A stretch of DNA of 64,000 nucleotides from Bacteroidales bacterium UBA5342 (GCA_002408065.1 DHQI01000106.1:33990-97989); one strand, 5' to 3'. Positions 28,578 through 40,787 are shown, numbered from the stretch's first letter. Program-made: numbers and translations. Notes: generated by a model not told the origin, from the sequence alone.

Positions 28578-29378
28578 ATGGCAGATATAAGCGTTATAAT
28601 AATAGAAGATGAGTTGCACAATAGTCGCATACTGGAAGGTATGTTGGCCAAGATGCGTCCGGATTGGAAGATGGAAGCCGTGCTTGAGAGTGTGCAGGAG
28701 AGTGTGGATTGGTTGAGGTCTAACGCGGCTCCTGATCTTATTCTGATGGATATCCAACTGTCTGATGGTATTAGTTTTTCTATTTTTAATAAAATAGAAT
28801 TTGAAAATAAAACAAAAATCATTTTCACTACAGCTTATGATCAATATGCTATCCAGGCATTTAAAGTCAACAGTGTAGATTATTTGCTAAAACCAATCAA
28901 AGAAGAAGATTTGGAGTTAGCTCTGGAAAAATTTGAAGGTAGCATTGTTGATAATACAAAAGCTTTAAGACAGGATTATGATCAGAATAAGTCCTATTAT
29001 ATGGATGTGATCGCGTCTATTCTGGAAGGTAAAGAACAGTATCGTACACGTTTTCTGATTAGTGGAATACGCGATTTTACCAAGGTAGAAACCAAAGATA
29101 TTGCTTATTTTTACAGTAGTAACAAGACGACTTTTGCGGTGACTTTTGATGGTGTGGAGCATCTTTTGGATTACACTTTGGAACAACTGGAAAACGAGCT
29201 TGATCCTAAGGTCTTTTACCGGGTAAATCGCCAGGTTTTGTCTCATGTAGATACGGTAAAAAAGGTCAGTAATGCCTCTGGTAACAAGCTAAAAGTGACG
29301 ATGGATCCTGCGCCCGATTTTGAAGTGACGGTGAGCCGGTTGAAGGCTGCTGATTTCAAGAAATGGCTGGGGAAGTAA
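28578..29378 (+). CDS. LytTR-family response regulator
   Basis: Receiver domain (IIIEDE, LILMDIQLSDG, TTAYDQYA), C-terminal LytTR DNA-binding domain. Confidence 0.88.
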   Translation: MADISVIIIEDELHNSRILEGMLAKMRPDWKMEAVLESVQESVDWLRSNAAPDLILMDIQLSDGISFSIFNKIEFENKTKIIFTTAYDQYAIQAFKVNSVDYLLKPIKEEDLELALEKFEGSIVDNTKALRQDYDQNKSYYMDVIASILEGKEQYRTRFLISGIRDFTKVETKDIAYFYSSNKTTFAVTFDGVEHLLDYTLEQLENELDPKVFYRVNRQVLSHVDTVKKVSNASGNKLKVTMDPAPDFEVTVSRLKAADFKKWLGK

Positions 29379-29460
29379 GTGGTGTTTAGAATGGGGGAGA
29401 CCTAGAGCCTTGAGATGATGAGCGTAACTATGTATTTGCATTTGAAGAAAGAAGACGTTA

Positions 29461-30567
29461 ATGGGATTTTGCAAGAAAGAAGAAAGCAGGCACAAGGAGC
29501 TGTTAGAGACGCTTAAGATGGTCGATAATAAACGCATTGAATACTTGGCTAACCTTGGGGGGTATTCTACAAAGACCATGCTTCGACGTTTTATTACAGT
29601 ATCTATTGTTGCCTTAATCATTTTTACTGTCGCTTCTATATTTACAGAGACAGAATTGCCCTATAGTTCTACTGAAATGTGGAAGCCTATTTTGTTTTTA
29701 CTTTTGGCTTTTAATTCTGTTTCGGAGACTAATATATTGATGGCCAGAGTGCTTAATCGTTTCAGTGTGCTTAAGGGGCGTTTTGTGCCTTTATCCGCTT
29801 TTTTTCTTCTTATTACAACCTTGATGATTGTGTTCTGGGTGAAAATGGCTCAGTTCGTATTAAATGAGGTACAATTACTATTGGAGCCTATGGCACAGCT
29901 CACGATGCTTTTTGGTGTCATTATGCTGTTCATTATGCACATCATGATTATGATGTCTAATATTACACGCGAGTGGATGGAGAGTCTTAAGGAAATAGAC
30001 CGTTTGAAAAGTGCAAAACTACAAAGTGATTATAGCTCCTTGCAAGATCGTTTAAACCCGCATTTCCTGTTCAATAATTTGAGTGTGCTGCGATCACTTA
30101 TTCGTTATGATGCTGATGCCGCAGAGAAATTTACCGAAAACTTTACGGATGTGTACCGCTATGTGTTGCGCAGCCACGAAAACAGAACGGTCAGCTTAGC
30201 GAGCGAACTTAAATTTTTGGACTCTTATATTGCCTTGCACAAAGAGCGTTTGGGGGATGGTATTCATTCTCAAATTCATGTTTGTGATAAATGTTTGAAT
30301 AAAGAATTGCCCCCCATGTCAGTGCAGCTATTAGTCGAAAATGCTATAAAACATAATGTGGCCAGCCGTAATAACCCTTTAACGGTTGAAATTTTTGACG
30401 AAGAAGATGTCTTGATAGTGAAGAATAGAATTAATAAAAAAGAAACCACTTATTCTACCCAAACAGGACTAAAAACCCTGCAAGCTCAAGTACAAATGGT
30501 GACGGGGCGTGAGATGGAGGTTATCGACGATGGCGAGTATTACGAAGTCAAATTACCCTTGTTATAA
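29461..30567 (+). CDS. Sensor histidine kinase (LytS/YehU-type, His_kinase PF06580-like)
   Basis: Multiple N-terminal TM segments, LNPHFLFNNLSVL H-box, LLVENAIKHN N-box. Confidence 0.85.
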   Translation: MGFCKKEESRHKELLETLKMVDNKRIEYLANLGGYSTKTMLRRFITVSIVALIIFTVASIFTETELPYSSTEMWKPILFLLLAFNSVSETNILMARVLNRFSVLKGRFVPLSAFFLLITTLMIVFWVKMAQFVLNEVQLLLEPMAQLTMLFGVIMLFIMHIMIMMSNITREWMESLKEIDRLKSAKLQSDYSSLQDRLNPHFLFNNLSVLRSLIRYDADAAEKFTENFTDVYRYVLRSHENRTVSLASELKFLDSYIALHKERLGDGIHSQIHVCDKCLNKELPPMSVQLLVENAIKHNVASRNNPLTVEIFDEEDVLIVKNRINKKETTYSTQTGLKTLQAQVQMVTGREMEVIDDGEYYEVKLPLL

Positions 30568-30680
30568 ACAAATCGTCCCCTCTTTTTATTTTTTTGCCTT
30601 GGCTTTTGGTGTTAATGTTGTATTTTCGTGCTGGCTATTTTTATCGAAATAGTTTTACTTAACCCCAACATTAGCATTTT

Positions 30681-31703
30681 ATGGCCTCGAAGCAAATCAC
30701 GATTAAAGATATTGCGAGAGAATTAAATATTTCTCCATCAACAGTTTCACGCGCGCTTAAGGACCACCCTGACATCAGTCAGCCCACTAAGGACAAGATA
30801 AATGCTTTGGTAGAAAAATACCATTACAAGCCCAATGCTATGGCGTTAAATTTACGCCAAGGAAAAAGTAATGTGATCGGGGTGATTATTCCTGAGATTG
30901 TGCATCATTTTTTCTCATCAGTCATCTCCGGTATTGAGGAAGTGGTGCAGGCCAAAGGTTATAGTGTGATGCTGTGTCAAAGTAGCGAATTATATGAGCG
31001 TGAAGTGTTGAATAGTAAGGTGATGCTTGGCAGCAGGGTGGAGGGGGTTTTGGCTTCTATATCCAAGGAAACGCTCAAATTTGGTCATTTCGAAGACCTG
31101 ATGCATCAGAATATTCCTCTGGTGTTTTTTGACCGTATAGCCCCACCTCTGGAGACTGACCGTGTAGTAGTCGATGATTACAACGGTGCTTTTAAAGCCA
31201 CCGAATATCTGATAAAAACCGGATGTAAACGCATTGCTCACCTTTCGGCCTCACAGCAATTACAAATTGGTTATCAGCGTAAGAGAGGCTATATTTCGGC
31301 CTTGGAAAAGAATCGTATGGAGGTCGATGATGACATCATAGCGCACTGTGATAAGTTTGAAAAAGCCTTGGAAATAGTACCCCAAATGATGGCTTTGCCC
31401 AATCCGCCGGATGCTATCTTTTGTGTCAACGACCTTACCGGAGCGGCTACTATCAAAGCGTTGAAAAAACTGGGATACCGCATTCCGGAAGATGTTTCGG
31501 TGATTGGTTTTACCGATGGTTTGGTGTCTACAGTGACCGATCCTGCCCTGACCACCATTTCGCAGCACGGTTTTCATATTGGCCGCCGGGCCGCCGAAAT
31601 TCTGTTTAAACGCATAGAAGAAGATAAGTCAAAATTTAAAGCGCATACCGAGGTGATTCCTACTGAGTTGGTGATTCGGGAGAGTACTAAGTCGATGTTG
31701 TAA
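30681..31703 (+). CDS. LacI-family transcriptional regulator (candidate maltose/starch regulon repressor)
   Basis: ITIKDIARELNISPSTVSRAL HTH, periplasmic-binding-fold effector domain; heads the starch locus. Confidence 0.9.
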   Translation: MASKQITIKDIARELNISPSTVSRALKDHPDISQPTKDKINALVEKYHYKPNAMALNLRQGKSNVIGVIIPEIVHHFFSSVISGIEEVVQAKGYSVMLCQSSELYEREVLNSKVMLGSRVEGVLASISKETLKFGHFEDLMHQNIPLVFFDRIAPPLETDRVVVDDYNGAFKATEYLIKTGCKRIAHLSASQQLQIGYQRKRGYISALEKNRMEVDDDIIAHCDKFEKALEIVPQMMALPNPPDAIFCVNDLTGAATIKALKKLGYRIPEDVSVIGFTDGLVSTVTDPALTTISQHGFHIGRRAAEILFKRIEEDKSKFKAHTEVIPTELVIRESTKSML

Positions 31704-31832
31704 ATTGGTGTGTACAGATAAATCGCTTTTTAATAATTCTATTATTAGATTAAATCAGATTCTGATTAACGACCTCAGCGAGGTCGTATGTCTGTAGCCC
31801 TAAACGCCGATTTTTTTCGTCCAATACCTTAA

Positions 31833-31860
31833 GTCTGTAAACCTTTTACAGGCTTTTTTT
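31833..31860 (+). terminator. Intrinsic terminator after LacI gene
   Basis: GTCTGTAAA-CCT-TTTACAGGC + TTTTTTT. Confidence 0.8.
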
Positions 31861-31911
31861 GTGCCCCAAAACTAAGCGCATTACAATCCTGCAACAAAAA
31901 ATCCCGAAAAC

Positions 31912-31929
31912 CTCCGCAAACGTTTGATG
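31912..31929. promoter_or_regulatory. LacI-type operator candidate (CTCCGCAAACGTTTG; perfect 10-bp palindrome CAAACGTTTG 31917-31926)
   Basis: CG-centred palindrome of LacI/CcpA operator type, about 180 bp upstream of MFS transporter ATG; reverse orientation of the motif at 40791 and 45133. Confidence 0.6.
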
Positions 31930-32105
31930 CCCTTTATTTATAGGAGGTTCAGAAGGCTTTTTTAGTGTGTAAATTGTCCTGGAAGTCGGGCCTATTATAG
32001 ACTCGAACTTATTTTAAGATAAATTTGCACTCAACAATGGGGATGCTATGCGCCAAAGCTTTTGCATTAAAGCTGCCTGATACTAACATAAAAATAAATT
32101 TTACA

Positions 32106-33431
32106 ATGAATAAACCCAAATTATCGTTTTGGCAGATATGGAATATGAGCTTCGGCTTTTTAGGTATTCAGATGGGCTTTGCTCTGCAAAATGCCAATGC
32201 AAGCAGGATATTGCAAATATTTGGAGCTGATGTACACGAACTATCTTGGTTTTGGTTAGTTGCTCCTCTTACCGGATTGATTATACAACCTATTATCGGA
32301 CATTATAGTGACAAGACCTGGACTAAACTGGGCCGTAGAAAACCTTTCTTCCTCACGGGAGCTGTGCTTGCGTCTATGGGGCTGATTTTATTGCCTAATG
32401 CCGATATGTTTACGGCTTTTTTACCAGCACTTTGGGTAGGCGCCGGTATGTTGATGATAATGGATGCCTCATTTAATGTGGCAATGGAACCTTTCAGAGC
32501 TCTTGTTGCCGATATGCTTCCTTCTGATCAGCGAACATTAGGATTCAGTGTTCAGACTATTTTGATTGGTGTAGGGGCAGTTGTAGGATCTTGGATGCCT
32601 TATGCCCTGACTAACTGGTTTGGCGTAAGTAATCAGTCAGTAGCAGGAGAAGTACCCTTGAACCTTCTGTTGTCGTTCATCATTGGTGCTGCCGTTTTGG
32701 TGGTTAGTATTTTGGTAACCGTTTTAGGAACAAAAGAATACTCGCCAGAGGAGCTTTCTAAATTCAGTGATGAAGACGAAGAGGAAGAAGAGGCCCAAGA
32801 AGCTGGCTTAATGAATATCTTTTCTGATTTTAGAAAAATGCCATTGACTATGCGTCAGTTGAGTGGCGTACAGTTCTTCTCTTGGTTTGCCCTTTTTGGT
32901 ATGTGGGTCTTTACAGTGCCTGCTGTTGCGCATCATATTTATGGCGTACAAGACACGCACAGTCAGATGTATCAGGATGCCGGTGATTGGGTTGGAATTC
33001 TTTTTGGTGTTTATAATGCCATTTCAGCGGTGTTTGCCTTTTTCCTTCCGGCTATAGCCAAAAAATTAGGACGTAAACGTACGCACGCTGTTTCTTTAGT
33101 CGTGGGCGGTATCGGATTAATTTCTATGTATTTCATGCCTAATGAAAACTGGCTGATCTTATCGATGGTGGGAGTTGGTATTGCCTGGGCGAGTATTTTG
33201 GCTATGCCTTATGCCATTTTAGCGGGTTCAATACCAGCCAAAAAGATGGGTGTTTATATGGGGATTTTTAACTTTTTTATCGTTTTGCCTCAGATTATAA
33301 ATGCCTTGATCGGAGGGCCAATTGTAAAGTATTTATATGGAGGTAATGCGATGTTTGCTTTAGTGGCAAGTGGGGTGTCTCTTCTGATAGCTGCTATGCT
33401 GGTGCGCCGGGTAAAAGATGTTGACGAATAG
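32106..33431 (+). CDS. MFS sugar transporter (SLC45/GPH-like; likely maltose/maltodextrin importer); start at MNKPKLSFWQ
   Basis: 12 TM pattern, RRKPF motif after TM2, acidic central loop; context with maltose phosphorylase and beta-PGM. Confidence 0.85.
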   Translation: MNKPKLSFWQIWNMSFGFLGIQMGFALQNANASRILQIFGADVHELSWFWLVAPLTGLIIQPIIGHYSDKTWTKLGRRKPFFLTGAVLASMGLILLPNADMFTAFLPALWVGAGMLMIMDASFNVAMEPFRALVADMLPSDQRTLGFSVQTILIGVGAVVGSWMPYALTNWFGVSNQSVAGEVPLNLLLSFIIGAAVLVVSILVTVLGTKEYSPEELSKFSDEDEEEEEAQEAGLMNIFSDFRKMPLTMRQLSGVQFFSWFALFGMWVFTVPAVAHHIYGVQDTHSQMYQDAGDWVGILFGVYNAISAVFAFFLPAIAKKLGRKRTHAVSLVVGGIGLISMYFMPNENWLILSMVGVGIAWASILAMPYAILAGSIPAKKMGVYMGIFNFFIVLPQIINALIGGPIVKYLYGGNAMFALVASGVSLLIAAMLVRRVKDVDE

Positions 33432-33560
33432 AATTGGAAACTGGAAAATAGAAACTAGAAATTGGAAACTAGAAATTGGAAATTGGAAAATAGAAACTAG
33501 AAATTGGAAACTAGAAATTGGAGAGGGGATAAATTTCAACTTTCCAATTTCAAATATCGT
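33431..33560. repeat. AT-rich tandem repeat; 38-nt block GGAAAATAGAAACTAGAAATTGGAAACTAGAAATTGGA present twice (33443-33480, 33485-33522)
   Basis: Read directly; ends with TTTCCAATTTCAAATAT (33541-33557) 8 nt before pgmB ATG. Confidence 0.85.
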
Positions 33561-33565
33561 ATTAG

Positions 33566-34225
33566 ATGAAAATTAACGCTTGTATATTTGATTTAGACGG
33601 GGTGATAGTGGATACAGCAAAGTATCATTATCTGGCGTGGAAAGCTTTGGCCGATAAGCTGGGCTTTGAATTTACAGAAGTGCATAATGAACGCCTGAAA
33701 GGGGTGAGCCGTATGGATTCTTTAGAGATTTTATTGGAAGTAGGAGGCATTACGCACCTTAGCGAAGAAGAAAAACTAAAGCATGCGGCCGATAAAAATG
33801 AATTGTATGTGTCTTTTATCAAAAAGATGCCTGCTGATGAAATTTTGCCAAATGTGCGTGAGTTTTTAAACGATTTGCGCGAAAACGGCATAAAAATATC
33901 CTTGGGTTCGGCCAGTAAAAATGCGGAGATGATTTTGGAAAAGCTGGAGTTGATGCCTCTGTTTGACGCTATCGTAGACGGACGCCATATTTCTAACGCA
34001 AAACCAGATCCGGAAGTCTTTTTACGTGGTGCTCAGGAGTTGGGCGAAGCACCGGAAAACTGTGTGGTGTTCGAAGATGCCCAAGCCGGAGTACAGGCCG
34101 CTAAAAATGCCGGCATGGCTTGTGTAGGTATAGGCGATGCTGAAACTTTGGGACTGGCCGACTTTGTGATGCCGGGATTTGAAAAATTTACTTTTGCTGA
34201 TTTAAAAGCCCAATTAAATAAATAA
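33566..34225 (+). CDS. pgmB: Beta-phosphoglucomutase (HAD superfamily)
   Basis: FDLDGVIVDTAKYHYLAWK, SASKN, KPDPEVF, VFEDAQAGVQAA motifs. Confidence 0.9.
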   Translation: MKINACIFDLDGVIVDTAKYHYLAWKALADKLGFEFTEVHNERLKGVSRMDSLEILLEVGGITHLSEEEKLKHAADKNELYVSFIKKMPADEILPNVREFLNDLRENGIKISLGSASKNAEMILEKLELMPLFDAIVDGRHISNAKPDPEVFLRGAQELGEAPENCVVFEDAQAGVQAAKNAGMACVGIGDAETLGLADFVMPGFEKFTFADLKAQLNK

Positions 34226-34239
34226 CGACATTAAAATAA

Positions 34240-36471
<2,232 letters not shown>

Positions 36472-36553
36472 AAAATCACTAAGAATAATGTAATGTTGAA
36501 AGATTCATTCACGCATTCACTCATTGAATCATTTACTCATTGAATCATTGATT

Positions 36554-38860
36554 ATGAAGGAATATTATAAAAAGGACGAATGGTGCATTATCGAAGAGGG
36601 GTTTAACCCTGAAATGCACGAGTCATCAGAGAGCATATTTAGTTTGGGGAACGGCAAGATGGGGCAGCGTGCTAACTTTGAGGAGAAATATTCCGGAGAT
36701 AGCTTGCAGGGAACCTACATAGCTGGTGTTTACTACCCCGATAAAACCCGGGTGGGATGGTGGAAAAATGGATATCCTGAGTATTTTGCCAAAGTGCTGA
36801 ATGCGCCAAGCTGGATTGGTATAGATGTTTTTATTGATGATGAGGTTTTGGATTTGGCAAGGTGCGAAGTCAGCGATTTTGTGCGTACGCTGGATATGAA
36901 ACATTCCACCTTATCGCGCGAGTTTGTGGCTACGCTAAAAGAGGGGAAAAAAGTAAAAGTGGAAGCTCTGCGTTTTCTCAGCATTGTGGATGATGAAATA
37001 GGCGCTATACGCTATAGTGTTACACCCCTTAACTTCAGTGGAAAAGTGTCTATCTTTTCATACCTTGATGGTGATGTACACAATCAGGACTCTAATTACG
37101 ATGAGCAGTTTTGGAGCGTTGATGCTGTAAAGGCTGAAGATGGTTTTTCTCAGTTGGTAGCAAGAACAAAAAAGCTGGATTTTGTAGTAGCTATGAGCGC
37201 TACTTTTGACTTGTGTCGTGGCGAGAATCACATTTATAGTGACGAAAAGCATAAGCAATCTGAGAAATCAGCCGGAAGCAAAGTGTTTACTTTTGTGCAA
37301 AGTGGCGAAAAGGTAACGCTTTACAAATATGCATCGGTGCTGAATTCGCAAAACTATCCGGTGGATGCTTTAGCCGAAAAAGGACGCAAGGCAGTAGAGT
37401 TAGCGCACAAAAAAGGTTTTGATAAACTATTAAAAGAACATTCAGAGGCCTGGGAGGAAAAATGGAACCATAGCGACATCGTTGTAGAAGGTGATGTGGC
37501 AGCTCAGCAAGGTATCCGTTTTAATATTTTCCATCTGAATCAGACGTATACCGGTAAAGATGAGCGTTTAAATATAGGTCCTAAGGGCTTTACCGGTGAA
37601 AAATACGGCGGTACTACTTATTGGGATACCGAAGCATTTGTGCTACCCTTCTTTATGAGTTCTGCCGATAAGCAAGTGTCGCGTAACCTATTGGTTTACC
37701 GTCATAATCATCTGCAGCGAGCTATCGAAAATGCTGAGAAGTTAGGCTTTAAAGATGGTGCAGCCCTTTACCCGATGGTGACTATCAACGGCGAAGAGTG
37801 TCATAATGAGTGGGAAATCACCTTTGAGGAGATACACCGTAACGGGGCTATTGCTTTCGCTATATACAATTATGTGCGTTATACCGGCGACTGGGATTAC
37901 GTATACGAGTTTGGCTTAGAGGTGCTGATTGCTATTTCCCGTTTTTGGGCGCAACGTGTCAATTGGTCGGCTGAGCGCGAGGCCTATGTGATGCTTGGTG
38001 TAACTGGTCCTAATGAATATGAGAATAACATCAACAATAACTGGTATACTAACAAGATGGCGCAGTGGACGCTGCAATATACTTTGGAGCAAATAGCAGA
38101 AGTGAAAAAACGTATGCCTCAGGAGTGGACACGTATTGTATCTCTTGCCAAATTTGATGAAGCCAAAGAAATTGAGACCTTCAATGATGTTGCGGATAAA
38201 ATTTATTTTCCAAGTATGATGAACGGTAAACTTTTTATGCAGCAAGATGGCTATATGGATAAATTTCAGCAATTTGCTGACGATTTGAACTCGGCCGAGC
38301 GTCCTATTAACCAGCATTGGTCGTGGGATCGTATTTTGCGCTCTTCATTCCTTAAGCAAGCTGATGTCTTGCAGGGAATTGCCACGTTTGAAGATCATTA
38401 TTCCGATGAGGAAATAAAAATGAACTTTGATTTTTGGGAGCCACGTACCTTGCACGAATCGTCCTTATCGCCTTGTGTACACGCCATACTTGGAGCTAAG
38501 ATAGACCGTATGGATAAGGCTTATGAAATGTATCTGCGTACAGCCCGCTTAGACCTTGATGATTATAACAAAGAGGTGGCCGAAGGTCTGCACATCACCA
38601 GTATGGGCGGTACTTGGATGGCTATGGTCTATGGCTTTGGCGGTTTGCGCGTGAAAGAAGATATGTTGAGTTTTGATCCTAAAGTACCGGAGCACTGGAA
38701 ATCAATAGCATTTAAGATAATATTCAGGGAAAATACTTTGACCGTTAAGATGAGTCAGGGGCGTACTGAAATCACGAACGATGCCGGTGGCGATCTGAAT
38801 CTCTTAATAAATGGGGTTAAACATTGTGTAGAAGGAAATAATAGATTAGTAGTCGATTAG
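36554..38860 (+). CDS. GH65 maltose phosphorylase (start at MKEYYKKDEW)
   Basis: 768 aa, no signal peptide; GFTGEKYGGTTYWDTE, HITSMGGTW motifs; adjacent beta-PGM. Confidence 0.9.
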   Translation: MKEYYKKDEWCIIEEGFNPEMHESSESIFSLGNGKMGQRANFEEKYSGDSLQGTYIAGVYYPDKTRVGWWKNGYPEYFAKVLNAPSWIGIDVFIDDEVLDLARCEVSDFVRTLDMKHSTLSREFVATLKEGKKVKVEALRFLSIVDDEIGAIRYSVTPLNFSGKVSIFSYLDGDVHNQDSNYDEQFWSVDAVKAEDGFSQLVARTKKLDFVVAMSATFDLCRGENHIYSDEKHKQSEKSAGSKVFTFVQSGEKVTLYKYASVLNSQNYPVDALAEKGRKAVELAHKKGFDKLLKEHSEAWEEKWNHSDIVVEGDVAAQQGIRFNIFHLNQTYTGKDERLNIGPKGFTGEKYGGTTYWDTEAFVLPFFMSSADKQVSRNLLVYRHNHLQRAIENAEKLGFKDGAALYPMVTINGEECHNEWEITFEEIHRNGAIAFAIYNYVRYTGDWDYVYEFGLEVLIAISRFWAQRVNWSAEREAYVMLGVTGPNEYENNINNNWYTNKMAQWTLQYTLEQIAEVKKRMPQEWTRIVSLAKFDEAKEIETFNDVADKIYFPSMMNGKLFMQQDGYMDKFQQFADDLNSAERPINQHWSWDRILRSSFLKQADVLQGIATFEDHYSDEEIKMNFDFWEPRTLHESSLSPCVHAILGAKIDRMDKAYEMYLRTARLDLDDYNKEVAEGLHITSMGGTWMAMVYGFGGLRVKEDMLSFDPKVPEHWKSIAFKIIFRENTLTVKMSQGRTEITNDAGGDLNLLINGVKHCVEGNNRLVVD

Positions 38861-38888
38861 TGAATTTGGATTAGATTGGTTGAAGTTT

Positions 38889-38927
38889 AAGGGGTATTGT
38901 TTGTTTTTTTGCAATGCCCCTTTTTTT
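38889..38927 (+). terminator. Intrinsic terminator after GH65 gene
   Basis: AAGGGGTATTG ... CAATGCCCCTT + TTTTT. Confidence 0.8.
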
Positions 38928-38974
38928 GACTAATACCAATTTTATTTATGGGAAAACGCTAGTTGGTAGGTAAA

Positions 38975-39163
38975 GGCTGGAAGCCTTATTTATCTCAGCC
39001 CAAGGCAACGCCTTGGGTGAAGTTGACAGTTTTGATACAGAGCCCTGCAAGGGCGACTTAACTATTGTTTACATATAATCCGCCCTTGCAGGGCTCATTT
39101 GATAGTTTTATCTTTTTTTCCCAAGGCGTTGCCTTGGGCTGAGATAAGTCGCACTTCCAGTGC
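38975..39163. repeat. Nested composite palindrome (REP/MITE-like), about 190 bp
   Basis: Outer perfect 28-bp IR 38990-39017 / 39120-39147; inner perfect 16-bp IR 39040-39055 / 39081-39096; each arm is itself a hairpin (CCAAGGC..GCCTTGG; GCCCT..AGGGC); imperfect outer extension CTGGAAG / CTTCCAG. Confidence 0.9.
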
Positions 39164-39313
39164 TCATTTGATTTCTTGTAAACTACCGTATAAACATCTT
39201 TAATTTTGACTCACTTTTAAAGATAAACTATTCTCGGATTTTTTGCGTTAAGCAATGGATACCAACTAGTCATATGAAAAGATTTAAGAACAAAAAGCGC
39301 TAAAACAAACAGT

Positions 39314-40696
39314 ATGAAATTAAAGCATCTATATTATCTTTTGCTTGCGTTAATCCTTTTAGCGGCTTGTGAAAGGACTGTAGATACAGATAAGCCTGGT
39401 AATCCGGATGACGGAGATAAGGCCAGTTTCGAAAGTTTTTTCAATACAGATGAAGAACTTAAGCTACACGAGTTCGAAGTTCATATTACCCAGACAGAAT
39501 GGAACCGTTTACTCAGCATTTTGAAGCAAAACATGAAAAGTGATCAGTATGTGAGAGCAGACTTCATTTACCGTTCTGCTCCGGGAGGAGAGGATGAGGA
39601 GTTTTTCGAGGAAGTTGGTTTTCGCATCCGTGGCAATACAACCCGTCGTTTGCCCTATGCCGATGGCGAATTTCAGCGGGCACATTTTAAGATCAAATTT
39701 GATAAACGTTTTGACCAAATAGAAGGCACGGATGAATACGAAGTACGTCGCACGCGTGATTTTGCCGATGTGGAAGCATTAAACCTAAAATGGGGGCGTG
39801 AAGGTGATGAAGCTGATGTGTCGCAAATTAGAGAGATATACCAATACGATATGATGCGTAAAGCAGGCGTGTTTGTGCCTAGAACGACCTCCGTGCGTTT
39901 GATTTTAGTGGTAGGAGGCGAACGGGTAGATTATGGTATGTACACTGCCATAGAACCTATTGATGATGAGTTTTTGGAGAAACGCTTTGATGGTGATGAA
40001 GGTGATTTATACAAATGTCTTTGGAAAGGGATGGGGCCGGCCACACTGTCGCGTACCTCGGCCAGTGGGAGCCGTACCGGGATAGGTGATCCTGAAACTG
40101 GGTATGAGCCTAGTTATGACTTGAAACATGGTGAGCTGGCCAATGGCCGTTTGGTAGATTTTACCCAACAGCTGGGCAACCTGGGCACTTCAGAATTGAA
40201 GTCTTATCTGGATAATAATTTTGATGTGGATCGTTTTCTGCGCTACTTGGCTATGAATGTGATTCTGGGTATGCCGGATGATTATTGGGGAATGGGCAAC
40301 AATTATTATCTGTATTTCCCCGATGAAGGCAAGATTACCTTTATTCCTTACGATTATGATCACGGTTTGGGCGGCGGCTGGGCACCAAGAGACTTAGCTA
40401 ATGCTGATATTTTTGATTGGTGGGATGGTACTGGAAACGATTACCGGGCGCTGATGAAAGTGTGGAATTATGCCGATTACCGTTCTACTTATGAAGACTA
40501 CCTCAAAGAATTTGCCTTAGAAAGCGGTGCCGTTTTCAATTATTCCGATTACAAAAACAATTATTTCGATAAGCTGAAAACAATGTATAGTCCATATCTG
40601 ATAAATGATACAGGCGAGGGACAAGATTTTGAGCATTATAGCGAATCTACCTATTTCTCCCGAAAGATTAGTAGCCTGAGCGGACAATTGGATTAG
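39314..40696 (+). CDS. CotH kinase-family lipoprotein
   Basis: Lipobox LLAAC; FRIRGNTTRR, LNLKWGRE..., VRLILVVGGERVDYGMYTAIEPIDDEFLEKRF, GDLYKC, NNYYLYFP...FIPYDYDHGLGG pattern typical of CotH family. Confidence 0.72.
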   Translation: MKLKHLYYLLLALILLAACERTVDTDKPGNPDDGDKASFESFFNTDEELKLHEFEVHITQTEWNRLLSILKQNMKSDQYVRADFIYRSAPGGEDEEFFEEVGFRIRGNTTRRLPYADGEFQRAHFKIKFDKRFDQIEGTDEYEVRRTRDFADVEALNLKWGREGDEADVSQIREIYQYDMMRKAGVFVPRTTSVRLILVVGGERVDYGMYTAIEPIDDEFLEKRFDGDEGDLYKCLWKGMGPATLSRTSASGSRTGIGDPETGYEPSYDLKHGELANGRLVDFTQQLGNLGTSELKSYLDNNFDVDRFLRYLAMNVILGMPDDYWGMGNNYYLYFPDEGKITFIPYDYDHGLGGGWAPRDLANADIFDWWDGTGNDYRALMKVWNYADYRSTYEDYLKEFALESGAVFNYSDYKNNYFDKLKTMYSPYLINDTGEGQDFEHYSESTYFSRKISSLSGQLD

Positions 40697-40787
40697 GAAT
40701 TGATAGAATCTGGTAATAAGCTAGATTGTTTTGCAGAATCATCATCCCGCTAGGGATGCAATATGGGTAGAAAAAAATACCCGTCCC

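Noticed and set aside
33431-33560. Regular short repeats that look at first like a CRISPR array
   Set aside because: The repeats are contiguous and AT-rich with no unique spacers. The unit structure is a simple tandem duplication, and there are no cas genes in the window.
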